DNA of 32,000 nt from Horticoccus luteus (GCF_019464535.1 NZ_CP080507.1:810001-842000), one strand, 5' to 3'. Positions 9,782 through 18,444 are shown, numbered from the stretch's first letter. Numbers and translations: made by a program. Notes: a model not told the origin generated them from the letters alone.

Positions 9782-10147
9782 TCAGTCGCGGTCGATATCG
9801 AGCACGGCTCCGTTGCCCGCATCGATTTCCACTTCGACGACGGTGTGTTGCGGCGTAACCACTTCGAACGAATACATCAGGCATCCGTCTTCGACTTCGA
9901 GTTCGCCTTTGATGACGTGTCCGGGAGCGGCGGCGAGCGCGGCGGTGAGTGCGCGTTCGAAGGAGATTTTCGCCCGGGCGGGCAAGTCAACCCGGCGGGG
10001 CGAGTCCGTTACCTGAATCGTGCCGGCGACGGGTTTACCGGCGTCCGCTTTTTCCGCGGACGCCCGCGAGGTCACCAGCATCAGAGCGGCGAGGCTGGCG
10101 ACAAAGAAGAGAAAGCGTGGCTGATGCGGAATAGAGTAGGTTGACAT
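9782..10147 (-). CDS. Secreted PepSY-domain protein
   Basis: 121 aa with signal peptide FLFFVASLAALMLVTSRASA. The C-terminal GHVIKGELEVEDGCLMYSFEVVTPQHTVVEVEIDAGNGAVLDID follows the PepSY pattern. It is the first gene of the minus-strand efflux cluster. Confidence 0.7.
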   Translation of the reverse strand: MSTYSIPHQPRFLFFVASLAALMLVTSRASAEKADAGKPVAGTIQVTDSPRRVDLPARAKISFERALTAALAAAPGHVIKGELEVEDGCLMYSFEVVTPQHTVVEVEIDAGNGAVLDIDRD

Positions 10148-10300
10148 AAGGAAAAGGGAGGGCTCGGGCCGACGCGAGAAGGGCCGGTTCTGGCAGCTAT
10201 TTTAGCAGGGCCGACATTACGGCGAGATTACGCAGAAATCATTCGGCCGTCATCTCCCGCTCATGTGCCGCGTGCCATGATTTCCGTCATCAAATTCCCG

Positions 10301-11320
10301 ATGAATGCCTTATCCCGTGTTTTGCTGATCGCGAGTTTCTCGCTCGTCCCGATGGCGGCGGCCCACGCCGCCGATGTTTATCGTTTCACGCATGAAATTC
10401 CCATCGGCGGCGAAGGGGGATGGGACTATTTGTCGGTGGAGCCGGCATCGCACCGACTGTTTGTGAGTCATGCGTCCAGAGTGGTGGTCATCGACACGCG
10501 GAAGGACGCGATCGTCGGCGAGATCGCGGACACGCCAGGCGTCCACGGCGTGGCGCCCGCACCGGAGTTGGGGCTGGGCTTCGTCAGCAATGGACGGGCC
10601 GACAATGTCAGCATCGTGGAACTCGCGACGTTAAAAACAGTGGGTCATGTCGCGACGGGAAAGAATCCCGACGCGATCCTCTACGAGCCGGAGCGCCGCG
10701 AAGTCTATGCTTTCAACGGTCATGGCCAGTCGGTGACGGTGTTTGCCGCGGCGGGCGGCAAGGTGGTGGCAACTATTCCGCTCGGAGGGAAACCAGAGTT
10801 CGCGCAGGCCGACGGGGGGCGTGTCTTCGTCAACCTCGAAGACAAAAACGAAGTGGCCGTGATTGCGACCGCGACGCACGCAGTCATCGCTCGCTGGCCG
10901 ATCGCGCCCGACGAGGAGGCCAGCGGGATGGCCATCGACCACGAACATCACCGCTTGTTTTTGGGTTGCGGGAATGCCCGGCTGCTTGTGCTCGACAGCA
11001 CTGACGGTCGCGTGGTGGCGAGCCTGCCCGCTGGGGCCGGCATCGACGCCGCGGCATTCGATCCGGGAACGCAGCTCGCGTTTGTCTCCAATGGGCACGA
11101 CGGCACGGTGACGGTGGTGCATGAAGATTCCCCGGAGCGGTTTGCGGTGGTCCAGACTCTCCCCACGCAACGCAGCGCCCGCACGCTCGCGGTCGATCCG
11201 GTATCGCATAAACTCTATCTGGCCGCCGCGCTGTTTCACCCGGCGGAGGCGGGTCGGCGCCCGGCGATGATCGCAGGAAGCATGAAGGTGCTGGTCTACA
11301 GCCTGGTTCCGGCGCGGTGA
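10301..11320 (+). CDS. Secreted YncE/YVTN-family beta-propeller repeat protein
   Basis: Signal peptide MNALSRVLLIASFSLVPMAAAHA. Reiterated ~40-aa units end in hydrophobic-V-x-V-I/V-D (VVVIDT, VSIVEL, VTVFAA, VAVIAT, LLVLDS, VTVVHE). The start could also be 10265 or 10277. Confidence 0.65.
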   Translation: MNALSRVLLIASFSLVPMAAAHAADVYRFTHEIPIGGEGGWDYLSVEPASHRLFVSHASRVVVIDTRKDAIVGEIADTPGVHGVAPAPELGLGFVSNGRADNVSIVELATLKTVGHVATGKNPDAILYEPERREVYAFNGHGQSVTVFAAAGGKVVATIPLGGKPEFAQADGGRVFVNLEDKNEVAVIATATHAVIARWPIAPDEEASGMAIDHEHHRLFLGCGNARLLVLDSTDGRVVASLPAGAGIDAAAFDPGTQLAFVSNGHDGTVTVVHEDSPERFAVVQTLPTQRSARTLAVDPVSHKLYLAAALFHPAEAGRRPAMIAGSMKVLVYSLVPAR

Positions 11321-11433
11321 GGCCGGGGCCGCAGGAAGCCCAGCGCCAGCGAGGCGGCGACTCGCCTTCTCCGTGCCGGAGGTGCTAGGAGAGGTTGCGT
11401 TCGCCCGCTCATGCATCGTCCTTTGCCCCTGTC

Positions 11434-12120
11434 ATGCGACTCCTGATCGTCGAAGATTCGTCCCGCCTGCAGCGGACGCTGGCCATGGCGTTCCGTCGTT
11501 CAGGCTACGCGGTGGATGTCGCCGGCGATGGTGAGGAAGGGTTGTGGCTGGCGGAGTTGAATGACTACGATGCAATCGTGCTCGACTTGATGCTGCCGAA
11601 GCGGGACGGCATCGATGTGCTCCGCACGCTGCGCACCCGCGGCCGGACGACGCACATCCTCCTGCTGACGGCGCGCGATACCGTGGCCGACCGCGTCGCG
11701 GGTTTGGCCGATGGCGCGGACGATTACCTGGTAAAACCGTTTGCGCTGGAGGAGCTGCTCGCACGGGTGCAGGCGCTGTGCCGGCGGGCCTACGGTTCGA
11801 AGCAGCCGCACTTGGTGGTGGGGGATCTCGAAGTCGATTTCGCCCAACGTCAGGCCCGGCGTGGCGGGCTAGAACTCGACCTCACGGCTCGGGAATACCA
11901 GTTGCTCGAGTATCTGGCGCGGCGCGGAGGAGAGGTTGTTACCCGTGCGGAAATAGAAGCGCACATCTACGACGGCCAGGTGGACCCGATGAGCAACGTC
12001 GTCGATTCCGCGATTTGCGGGCTGCGCAAAAAAATCGCGTTCAGTCCCGCCGCGGCGCCGCTCATCCACACCCGGCGCGGGCTCGGCTATGTGCTGAGCG
12101 CGCGGTCCGACGCCGCTTAG
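11434..12120 (+). CDS. OmpR/PhoB-family two-component response regulator
   Basis: Receiver domain MRLLIVEDS...DAIVLDLMLP...LLLTAR...DDYLVKPF and a winged-helix output LTAREYQLLEYL...RRGLGYVL. I prefer the ATG at 11434 over the track start at 11395. Confidence 0.9.
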   Translation: MRLLIVEDSSRLQRTLAMAFRRSGYAVDVAGDGEEGLWLAELNDYDAIVLDLMLPKRDGIDVLRTLRTRGRTTHILLLTARDTVADRVAGLADGADDYLVKPFALEELLARVQALCRRAYGSKQPHLVVGDLEVDFAQRQARRGGLELDLTAREYQLLEYLARRGGEVVTRAEIEAHIYDGQVDPMSNVVDSAICGLRKKIAFSPAAAPLIHTRRGLGYVLSARSDAA

Positions 12121-12124
12121 GGCG

Positions 12125-13522
12125 ATGAAATCGATTCGCCGGCAACTCACTCGCCAGCTCGTGCTATCGTTTGCCGCGCTCGTCGGTGTGGGCATGATCG
12201 GCGTCTACGTGGCCGGCCGGCATGTGTTGATGAAATCGCTGGAGACCAATTTGCGCGTGAGCGCGGTGTCGGTGGCGGCGTTGGCCGAAATCGAGAACGG
12301 GACGGTGCAATTCGATTTTTCCCCGGACTTTCTGGCGACCTATCGCTGGCGACCCGCGCGCAATTATTTTCAAGTCACCGATGAACGGGCGAGAACGCTC
12401 GCCCGGTCGCCCTCGCTCGCGGCGGCAGACCTGCCATGGCGGGAGGGAGGGACGCCGGCGCGGCCGGTGTATTTCGATGTGAGACTGCCGAACGGCCGGG
12501 CGGGCCGGGCGGCGGCCGTGCGATTTCAAGTGACCGAGGGCCGGATCCCGGGCGGCGTCGACTCGGACCTGCGCCTCGTGGTGGCGACGGATCGGACGGG
12601 AATCAACGAGACTCTCGCCGGTCTGATGGCGATCGTGACCGGGTGCGGTGTCCTTCTGCTGACTGCGATTCTAATCGTCGTGCCACGCGTGCTGGCGCGG
12701 GGACTGGCGCCGCTCGACGAGTTGGGCGATCAGGCGGCGCGGATCGACGCGGACTCTCTGGCGTTTCGTTTCGCTGTCGATCGACTGCCTGCGGAGCTGC
12801 AGCCGATCGCACGGCGGCTCAACGATCTGCTCGGGCGGCTGGAAAGCTCGTTTGAACGGGAGCGCCGGTTCAGCGCCGATCTCGCTCATGAATTGCGCAC
12901 GCCGCTCGCCGAGCTGCGCACGCTGGCCGAGTGCGCACTCAAGTGGCCGGACCAACGCGACCCGGCGTTTGAGGTGGAGGTGCTCGCGGTGGCGACTCAG
13001 ATGGAAACGCTCGCGACGCGAATGCTCGCGCTGGCGCGGAGCGAGCACGGACAACTCAGGGTGGAGTGCACGGCCGTGGAGATAGGGCCGGCCCTGGCGG
13101 AAGCGTGGCAGGCGCTGCAGCGGCGTGCGGCGGCGCGCGGGCTTCGCGTCAGGTTGACCGTCGCACCGGCCACAGTCGCGGCAGATGAAGCGATGCTGTC
13201 GGCGGTGGTGACGAACCTGTTCGACAACGCGGTCGAATACGCGGCGCCGGACGGCGAAGTGCGCGTCACCGGCCGCGTGACGCCGCGTGGCTACGTGCTG
13301 GAGGTGGCCAACGTCGCTCCGCAATTGGGCGCGGAAGACGTGGCGCGTTTTTTCGATCGGTTTTGGCGCAAGGAGTCGGCGCGCAGCGGCGGAATTCATC
13401 TCGGGCTCGGGCTCAATCTCGCTCGGGCTTTCGCCGAAGCGATGGGCTGGACGCTGACGGCGGATCTCGACGGGGAAGGGTGGGTCCGGTTTTCACTGAC
13501 GGGTTCGCGCATCGGCCACTAG
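12125..13522 (+). CDS. Sensor histidine kinase (two TM segments, periplasmic domain, HAMP, HisKA, HATPase_c)
   Basis: H-box FSADLAHELRTPL, N-box NLFDNAVEY, and a G-box-like GLGLNLARAF. It starts 4 nt after the regulator stop. Confidence 0.9.
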   Translation: MKSIRRQLTRQLVLSFAALVGVGMIGVYVAGRHVLMKSLETNLRVSAVSVAALAEIENGTVQFDFSPDFLATYRWRPARNYFQVTDERARTLARSPSLAAADLPWREGGTPARPVYFDVRLPNGRAGRAAAVRFQVTEGRIPGGVDSDLRLVVATDRTGINETLAGLMAIVTGCGVLLLTAILIVVPRVLARGLAPLDELGDQAARIDADSLAFRFAVDRLPAELQPIARRLNDLLGRLESSFERERRFSADLAHELRTPLAELRTLAECALKWPDQRDPAFEVEVLAVATQMETLATRMLALARSEHGQLRVECTAVEIGPALAEAWQALQRRAAARGLRVRLTVAPATVAADEAMLSAVVTNLFDNAVEYAAPDGEVRVTGRVTPRGYVLEVANVAPQLGAEDVARFFDRFWRKESARSGGIHLGLGLNLARAFAEAMGWTLTADLDGEGWVRFSLTGSRIGH

Positions 13523-13580
13523 AAGGAAAACATCCTACCGCGCGACGGCGTTTGCCAACCGGGAGCGGGCAGGAGGAAAA

Positions 13581-13653
13581 TGGGCCCACAGGGATTTGAA
13601 CCCTGAACCAAAGGATTATGAGTCCTCTGCTCTAACCGTTGAGCTATAGGCCC
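13581..13653 (-). tRNA. tRNA with CAT anticodon (elongator tRNA-Met, or tRNA-Ile2 if lysidinylated); no encoded CCA
   Basis: The reverse complement folds as a cloverleaf: GGGCCTA TA GCTC AACGGTTA GAGC A GAGGA CTCATAA TCCTT TGGTT CAGGG TTCAAAT CCCTG TGGGCCC A (73 nt). The 1:72 pair is G-C and the anticodon stem lacks the three G-C pairs of initiators, so it is not tRNA-fMet. Confidence 0.9.
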
Positions 13654-13834
13654 GAAAATGACGTCTCATCGGGTAGCGCGCAGGGGGCTGGCCGCAAGCC
13701 GGAATCTCGCGCGAGAACGCGCGGCGCGGGCAAATGGGCGGCGTCCTTCCGGGAATTCCGGTGCCCGTCGCGACGGCCATCCTCGGTGCCACACGACGGT
13801 GCGGGAGCGCGGTGTGGCGCCGCTCAACGGGCCG

Positions 13835-14353
13835 TTAGTCGGCGTCGCCCGCGGTATTGGCCCACGCTGGCGGCGGTTGGGAGCGGAATTCTGAGTGGCG
13901 GATTTTGCCGCCGGCGTAGCCGACGAGGCCGCCGAGGCCGAGGCCGCCCAAGGCGACGAGGGCGGTGAGGATCAGTGCGGCGCGTTGGAAGCGCGGCGCT
14001 TTCCAGAGGGCGAGCAGCGCAAGCAAGGCGACGGCGGCGGCGGCGGTGTCGACCCAGACGAGCTTGTCGGCGAGATGCATGTGCCAGTTGAGCCATTTCT
14101 GGGCGACGCCATTCGACATCGAGGTAACGCGGTCGTAACCGGCTTCGCCGAAATGCGCCGCGGGCCAGACGGTCAGGGCGGCGACGAAAATCAGCAGCAG
14201 CGCGAGGGCCTTGGCGGCGTGGCTGCGGGCGAGGGCGGCCGCCAGGAGCGCAAAAAGACCCGCGGCCAGTCCGTAAACCGGCAGCGGGTTGAGAAGAACG
14301 TGGACGTATTCCGGTTCGCGGAGGGCGCGGAGGAATTCGGTCCAGAGCGACAT
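13835..14353 (-). CDS. Hypothetical integral membrane protein (about 4 TM helices)
   Basis: 172 aa with four hydrophobic spans (LPVYGLAAGLFALLAAAL, ALALLLIFVAALTVW, AAAAVALLALLALW, AALILTALVALGGLGLGGLV). Codon usage is coherent compared with the overlapping off-frame ORFs. It lies 15 nt downstream of the preceding gene. Confidence 0.55.
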   Translation of the reverse strand: MSLWTEFLRALREPEYVHVLLNPLPVYGLAAGLFALLAAALARSHAAKALALLLIFVAALTVWPAAHFGEAGYDRVTSMSNGVAQKWLNWHMHLADKLVWVDTAAAAVALLALLALWKAPRFQRAALILTALVALGGLGLGGLVGYAGGKIRHSEFRSQPPPAWANTAGDAD

Positions 14354-14368
14354 CGCGAGCGAGCGAAA

Positions 14369-14767
14369 TTACGACTTCGAAACTTCGACGTTTTCGAGGA
14401 GATTGATGCCGTCGCGGCTCACGAGTTTGCCTTCGACGGTGATCGTCTTGCCGCCGGAATTGGCGAGCTCGTCGTTGATGGGTTTGTGTTCGCCGATGAG
14501 AAGATAAACGGTGCCGTCGGCGCTTTTCAGACCGACGGGCAGTCCGCTGGAGATGCACTTGTTGGCGCAATCGGCGTGTTTGGCGCCGTGCGCGCCGTGG
14601 TCGAGGTAGCAAGCCATGTCGAGGACTTCACCCGTGACGGTGACGTGGCTGCCGCTTTGGGCCGCAGAGGGAGCGTCACCCGCGCGAGCGGCGAGCGGGA
14701 GGAAGGCGAGCGCGGCACCGGCGGTGAGCAGTGAAAAGAAACGAGCGAGCGGGCGAAATGAATTCAT
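14369..14767 (-). CDS. Small secreted Cys/His-rich protein of unknown function
   Basis: Signal peptide MNSFRPLARFFSLLTAGAALAFLPLAARA begins at the ATG at 14767 (the track ORF extends to 14836). The mature part carries the cluster DMACYLDHGAHGAKHADCANKC, followed by a beta-rich segment. Confidence 0.55.
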   Translation of the reverse strand: MNSFRPLARFFSLLTAGAALAFLPLAARAGDAPSAAQSGSHVTVTGEVLDMACYLDHGAHGAKHADCANKCISSGLPVGLKSADGTVYLLIGEHKPINDELANSGGKTITVEGKLVSRDGINLLENVEVSKS

Positions 14768-14994
14768 CGGTGGGAGGGTTGAGGTTTGAAGGGTTCGAAA
14801 CGCTTTAACGGTGTGACTCCAACCGAGGAATTGCAAACCGGAGCACGGTAACGGGAAGCGATGGGCTGGTCGCGCGGTGCGAGGGGAGGAGTGCGCGCGG
14901 GAAAAGACGGTGCGGCGGGACGGGCGAAGCGATGGCGCGAGAGAAGCGGTGCGGGCGGCGCTGCGCGGGACGCGCCGATGGGGCGCGGGCGTGT

Positions 14995-17589
14995 TTACGC
15001 GGCAGCGATTTTTTCGCGGAGATGCGTGTAGCGTTGTTTCGATTCGTTGTTGCGCACGGCCATGGCGTAAGCGGCGGGCTCGCCGACGATGAAAACCTTT
15101 TTCCGTCCGCGCGTGATGGCGGTGTAGATGAGGTTTCGCTGCAGCATCATGAAATGCGCTTTGAGGAGCGGGATGATGACGACGGGGTATTCGCTGCCTT
15201 GGGATTTGTGAATGCTGATGGCGTAAGCGAGGGCGAGCGCGCCGAGGTCGCCGCGGTCAAACGTGTGAGGGTCGCCATCGAAGTCGGCTTCGAGCGTGCT
15301 CTTCTCAGGGTGAACGGCAGTGACGGTGCCGATGTCGCCGTTGAAAAGGTTTTTGTCGTAGTTGTTGCGCAGTTGGATGACTTTGTCGCCGGGGCGGAAG
15401 GCGGTGGAGCCGGCGCGGAGCGTGGCGCGAGGACCGGAGCGATCCCACGCAAGTTTGGAGCCCCCGCCGACCTCGGGGTTGAGCGCGGCCTGGAGCTGGG
15501 CGTTGAGATTGGCGACGCCCGCGGTGCCTTTGTGCATCGGTGCGAGCACCTGCACGTCGGCGACGGGATGCGGCCATTTGAGTTTGCGCGGGACGAACTC
15601 GGTGCAGAGCGCGAGGACTTTGCGCACGCAGTCCTCGGCATCGGTCGCGGCGATGAAGTTGAGGTCGGAAAACACCTGGGCGTCGGCCACGTCGTTGGTC
15701 GCGGGCGGGAGCGCGGGATTGCCGTCGTTGATGGCGTGGGCGGTCGTGACGATCTGGCTTTGGCCTTGCTGGCGGAAAATGACGGAGAGGCGCGTGGTCG
15801 TGATGTGGAGCGAAGGCTGGTGGGCGGCGACAGTTTCGGACGCGGCGGCGGCGATAAGGTCTTTGAGGACGTTGCCGGCGCCGACGCTGGGGAGTTGATC
15901 GGTGTCGCCCACGAGCAGGAGGTGCGCGCGGGAGGGGATGGCTTGGAGCAGCGAGGCGGCGAGGCGGGTGTCGAGCATCGAGGCCTCGTCGAGAATGAGG
16001 AAATCGGTGGCGAGGGGCGCGGATTCGTTGGCGACGAAACCGCCTTTGGCGGCGTCGTATTTGAGGAGGCGGTGAATGGTGGAGGCGAAGCCGCCGGTGG
16101 TTTCGGCGAGGCGTTGCGCGGCGCGGCCGGTGGGCGCGGCGAGGTGCACGCGGACTTTCTTGGCTTTGAGAATTTCGACGAGCGCGCGAAGGATGGAGGT
16201 CTTGCCGGTGCCGGGTCCGCCGGTGAGAATGGTAACCTTATGCGCGAGCGCGTTTTTGAGCGCGAGGCGTTGTAAGGGGTGGAAGACGAAGCCGGCTTTT
16301 TTCTCGGCCCACTCGACAGCGGCGTCGATTTTGATCGCGGGAAGCGCGCTGCCGGTGCGGGTGAGGCGGAGCACGGCGGCGGCGATCCGCGTTTCGGCGC
16401 GGTCGTTGTGCGGGAGTTGGAGAAAGGCGGCGGCAGGGAGGTCGGCGGGGGGAGTGCCGGAGGGGGAAGCGGAAACGTCGGACAGTGGAGCGACGGGGGT
16501 GCGGGGTGAGGGCGCCCCGCCCACAACGGGCGTGGGGGCGAGTGTGCCGCCGACGGCAGGGAAGTGCGCGACGAGGGATTTGTTTTGGACGAGGGCGGCG
16601 AGCCGCGCTTCGACGAAACGCGATTCCGTTTCGAGGAGGTTGGCGGTGTAGGCGACGAGTTCGTCGTGCGGGAAACCTGTGTGGCCTTCCTCCTGCAGCG
16701 TTTCGAGGGCGTAGAGGATGCCGCCGTCGACGCGGGGCGCGGCGTCGTTGGCGAAGCCGACGTTGATGGCGATGCGGTCAGCGGTCTTAAAGCCGATGCC
16801 GTCGATCTCGCGGGCGACGCGGTAGGGTTCGGTGGTGAGGATTTGCTTCGCGGCGGCGCCGTAGCGGCCGACGAGCTTCACGCACTGGCTGGGGGTGACG
16901 CCGTAGGTCTGGAGGAAAATGTAGAGTTCGCGCTCGATGCGTTTTTCGTCCCACGCCTGCTTGATGGCGGTGGCGCGTTTCGGCCCGATGCCGGCGACGT
17001 GGCGCAGGCGGCCGGAATCTTCGCTGAGCACGCGAAAGGTCTCGGTGCCGAGCGCGTCGACGATTTTGTTGGCGTAGACTTTGCCGATGCCGGGCACGAG
17101 GCCGCTGCCGAGGTATTTGCGGATGCCGTAGACGCTGGACGGCAGTTCGGACTTGAACGCGGCGACTTTGAACTGGGCGCCGTGCTGGGCGTGGCGCGAC
17201 CATTCGCCGGAGAGGTGAAGGGTTTCGCCGCATTCGACGCCGGGGAGGGGGCCGACGATGGTGACCGGTTCGGGGCGCGCCGATTTGGCGTCGGCCGCGG
17301 CGGCGGGCGGAAGGTCGGGGCGAAATTCCGCGATGGTGTAGTGGTTCTCCTCGTTGAAAAAGATGATGCGTTCGAGGACGCCGGTGAGCGTCGCCGAAGA
17401 GGAAGCGGAAGTGGAAGCAGCCACGTTGGGAGGAGTGAGCACGGGCTCGGCGCAGGATGCAAACCGGCGCTGCAGCGGGAAGAAATCATTGACCGCAGGT
17501 GCGCGGACCCGGTGGCGCGCGCGGGCGGTGAACATTCGCGCGATTCGCGGTTGCGCGACGCGGCCGCCGTGACCAAGTCGGAGGCGCAT
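14995..17589 (-). CDS. recD2: RecD2-like SF1B ATP-dependent DNA helicase
   Basis: N-terminal VLERIIFFNEENHYTIAEF, a helix-hairpin-helix region (GIGPKRA, IDGIGFKTAD), Walker A LTGGPGTGKTS, Walker B FLILDEASMLD, LLLVGDTDQLPSVGAGNV, and C-terminal AISIHKSQGSEYP. The start is uncertain: 17589 leaves only 11 bp to the divergent gene, and ATG 17535 or a downstream GTG are alternatives. Confidence 0.85.
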   Translation of the reverse strand: MRLRLGHGGRVAQPRIARMFTARARHRVRAPAVNDFFPLQRRFASCAEPVLTPPNVAASTSASSSATLTGVLERIIFFNEENHYTIAEFRPDLPPAAAADAKSARPEPVTIVGPLPGVECGETLHLSGEWSRHAQHGAQFKVAAFKSELPSSVYGIRKYLGSGLVPGIGKVYANKIVDALGTETFRVLSEDSGRLRHVAGIGPKRATAIKQAWDEKRIERELYIFLQTYGVTPSQCVKLVGRYGAAAKQILTTEPYRVAREIDGIGFKTADRIAINVGFANDAAPRVDGGILYALETLQEEGHTGFPHDELVAYTANLLETESRFVEARLAALVQNKSLVAHFPAVGGTLAPTPVVGGAPSPRTPVAPLSDVSASPSGTPPADLPAAAFLQLPHNDRAETRIAAAVLRLTRTGSALPAIKIDAAVEWAEKKAGFVFHPLQRLALKNALAHKVTILTGGPGTGKTSILRALVEILKAKKVRVHLAAPTGRAAQRLAETTGGFASTIHRLLKYDAAKGGFVANESAPLATDFLILDEASMLDTRLAASLLQAIPSRAHLLLVGDTDQLPSVGAGNVLKDLIAAAASETVAAHQPSLHITTTRLSVIFRQQGQSQIVTTAHAINDGNPALPPATNDVADAQVFSDLNFIAATDAEDCVRKVLALCTEFVPRKLKWPHPVADVQVLAPMHKGTAGVANLNAQLQAALNPEVGGGSKLAWDRSGPRATLRAGSTAFRPGDKVIQLRNNYDKNLFNGDIGTVTAVHPEKSTLEADFDGDPHTFDRGDLGALALAYAISIHKSQGSEYPVVIIPLLKAHFMMLQRNLIYTAITRGRKKVFIVGEPAAYAMAVRNNESKQRYTHLREKIAAA

Positions 17590-17600
17590 CTTTTATTCCC

Positions 17601-18407
17601 ATGTCCACACCCACACCGGAACAACAACGCTCCTTTTTCGAAACTTTCGGGTTTCTCAAATTCCCTGGCTTGGTGAAGGCCGAGCTGCCGCAAATCCTGG
17701 CGGAGTTCGAGGCGGTATTTCCGCAACTCGGGATCAAGCATGACGGCACGAAGCGGACGATGATCATCTCGTTTGTGGACCAGCGCGCGGGCTTGAGCGC
17801 GTTGCTGGATCATCCCGGCGTGCTGGCGGCCGTCAGCAACCTGATCGGCCCCGACTTCAACTATGTCAGCAGCGATGGAAATTATTACACCGGCGAGACC
17901 AGCTGGCATCGCGACAGCCTGTATAAGAGCAATAGCTATATCAAAATCGCGTTCTATCTCGACAAGGTGACGCGGGATAGCGGTGCGTTGCGCGTGCTCC
18001 CGGGCTCGCACCGCGACGAAGTGCAGGAGACGTGGGATGATGACGAGCTGCGGGCGTCGGCCACGCGCTGGGGCGTGGAGATGCGGGATCTGCCGGCGCA
18101 CGCGCTGGAGAGCGAACCGGGCGACATGCTGGTGTTCAGCCATCGGCTGCGGCACGCGTCGTTCGGTGGCGGGCACAGCCGCCGGATGTTCACGATGAAT
18201 CTGGGACGGCGGGCGAAGACGCCTCAGGAAGTCGACGACCTGATTTCGTATGTGGCGAACCAGTGGTCCGGGTATGTGCCGGCGCCCTATGGACCCGCAA
18301 TGTTGGAGACGGCGACGCCGGCGCGGCGGGTGCATCTCACCCAAGGGCCGGAATATTGGGAAGCGGGCATCGCGCGGCGCAAGGAACGGGCCGGGAAGGG
18401 CGCGTAG
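17601..18407 (+). CDS. Phytanoyl-CoA dioxygenase (PhyH) family Fe(II)/2-oxoglutarate-dependent oxygenase
   Basis: N-terminal QQRSFFETFGFLKFPGL is typical of PhyH. The HxD triad element WHRD and a distal His in VFSHRLRHAS are present. Confidence 0.7.
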   Translation: MSTPTPEQQRSFFETFGFLKFPGLVKAELPQILAEFEAVFPQLGIKHDGTKRTMIISFVDQRAGLSALLDHPGVLAAVSNLIGPDFNYVSSDGNYYTGETSWHRDSLYKSNSYIKIAFYLDKVTRDSGALRVLPGSHRDEVQETWDDDELRASATRWGVEMRDLPAHALESEPGDMLVFSHRLRHASFGGGHSRRMFTMNLGRRAKTPQEVDDLISYVANQWSGYVPAPYGPAMLETATPARRVHLTQGPEYWEAGIARRKERAGKGA

Positions 18408-18444
18408 GAGGTTATTTCGTTTCAGCGGAGCACGCTGGGCATCT

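Noticed and set aside
9730-9822. 5' extension of the OMF ORF (track start 9822).
   Set aside because: It would overlap the 3' end of the PepSY gene (stop at 9782). The ATG at 9729 precedes a lipobox-type signal sequence.
4144-9858. Many + strand ORFs across the efflux operon (for example 4650..5837 395 aa, 7607..8563 318 aa, 8374..9201 275 aa), plus minus-strand off-frame ORFs (5455..6102 and others).
   Set aside because: They lie opposite or off-frame to the RND, MFP and OMF genes and have Arg/Gly-rich composition with no domain signatures.
13523-13834. tRNA-Met as an integration hotspot carrying a genomic island.
   Set aside because: No integrase, recombinase or excisionase gene was found, and no repeat of the tRNA 3' half that I could spot in the window. 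The flanking genes look like ordinary chromosomal genes.
13824-14734. Track ORFs 13824..14612 (-, 262 aa) and 13895..14734 (+, 279 aa).
   Set aside because: Arg/Gly-rich shadows overlapping the two better-supported small genes (the membrane protein and the signal-peptide Cys/His protein).
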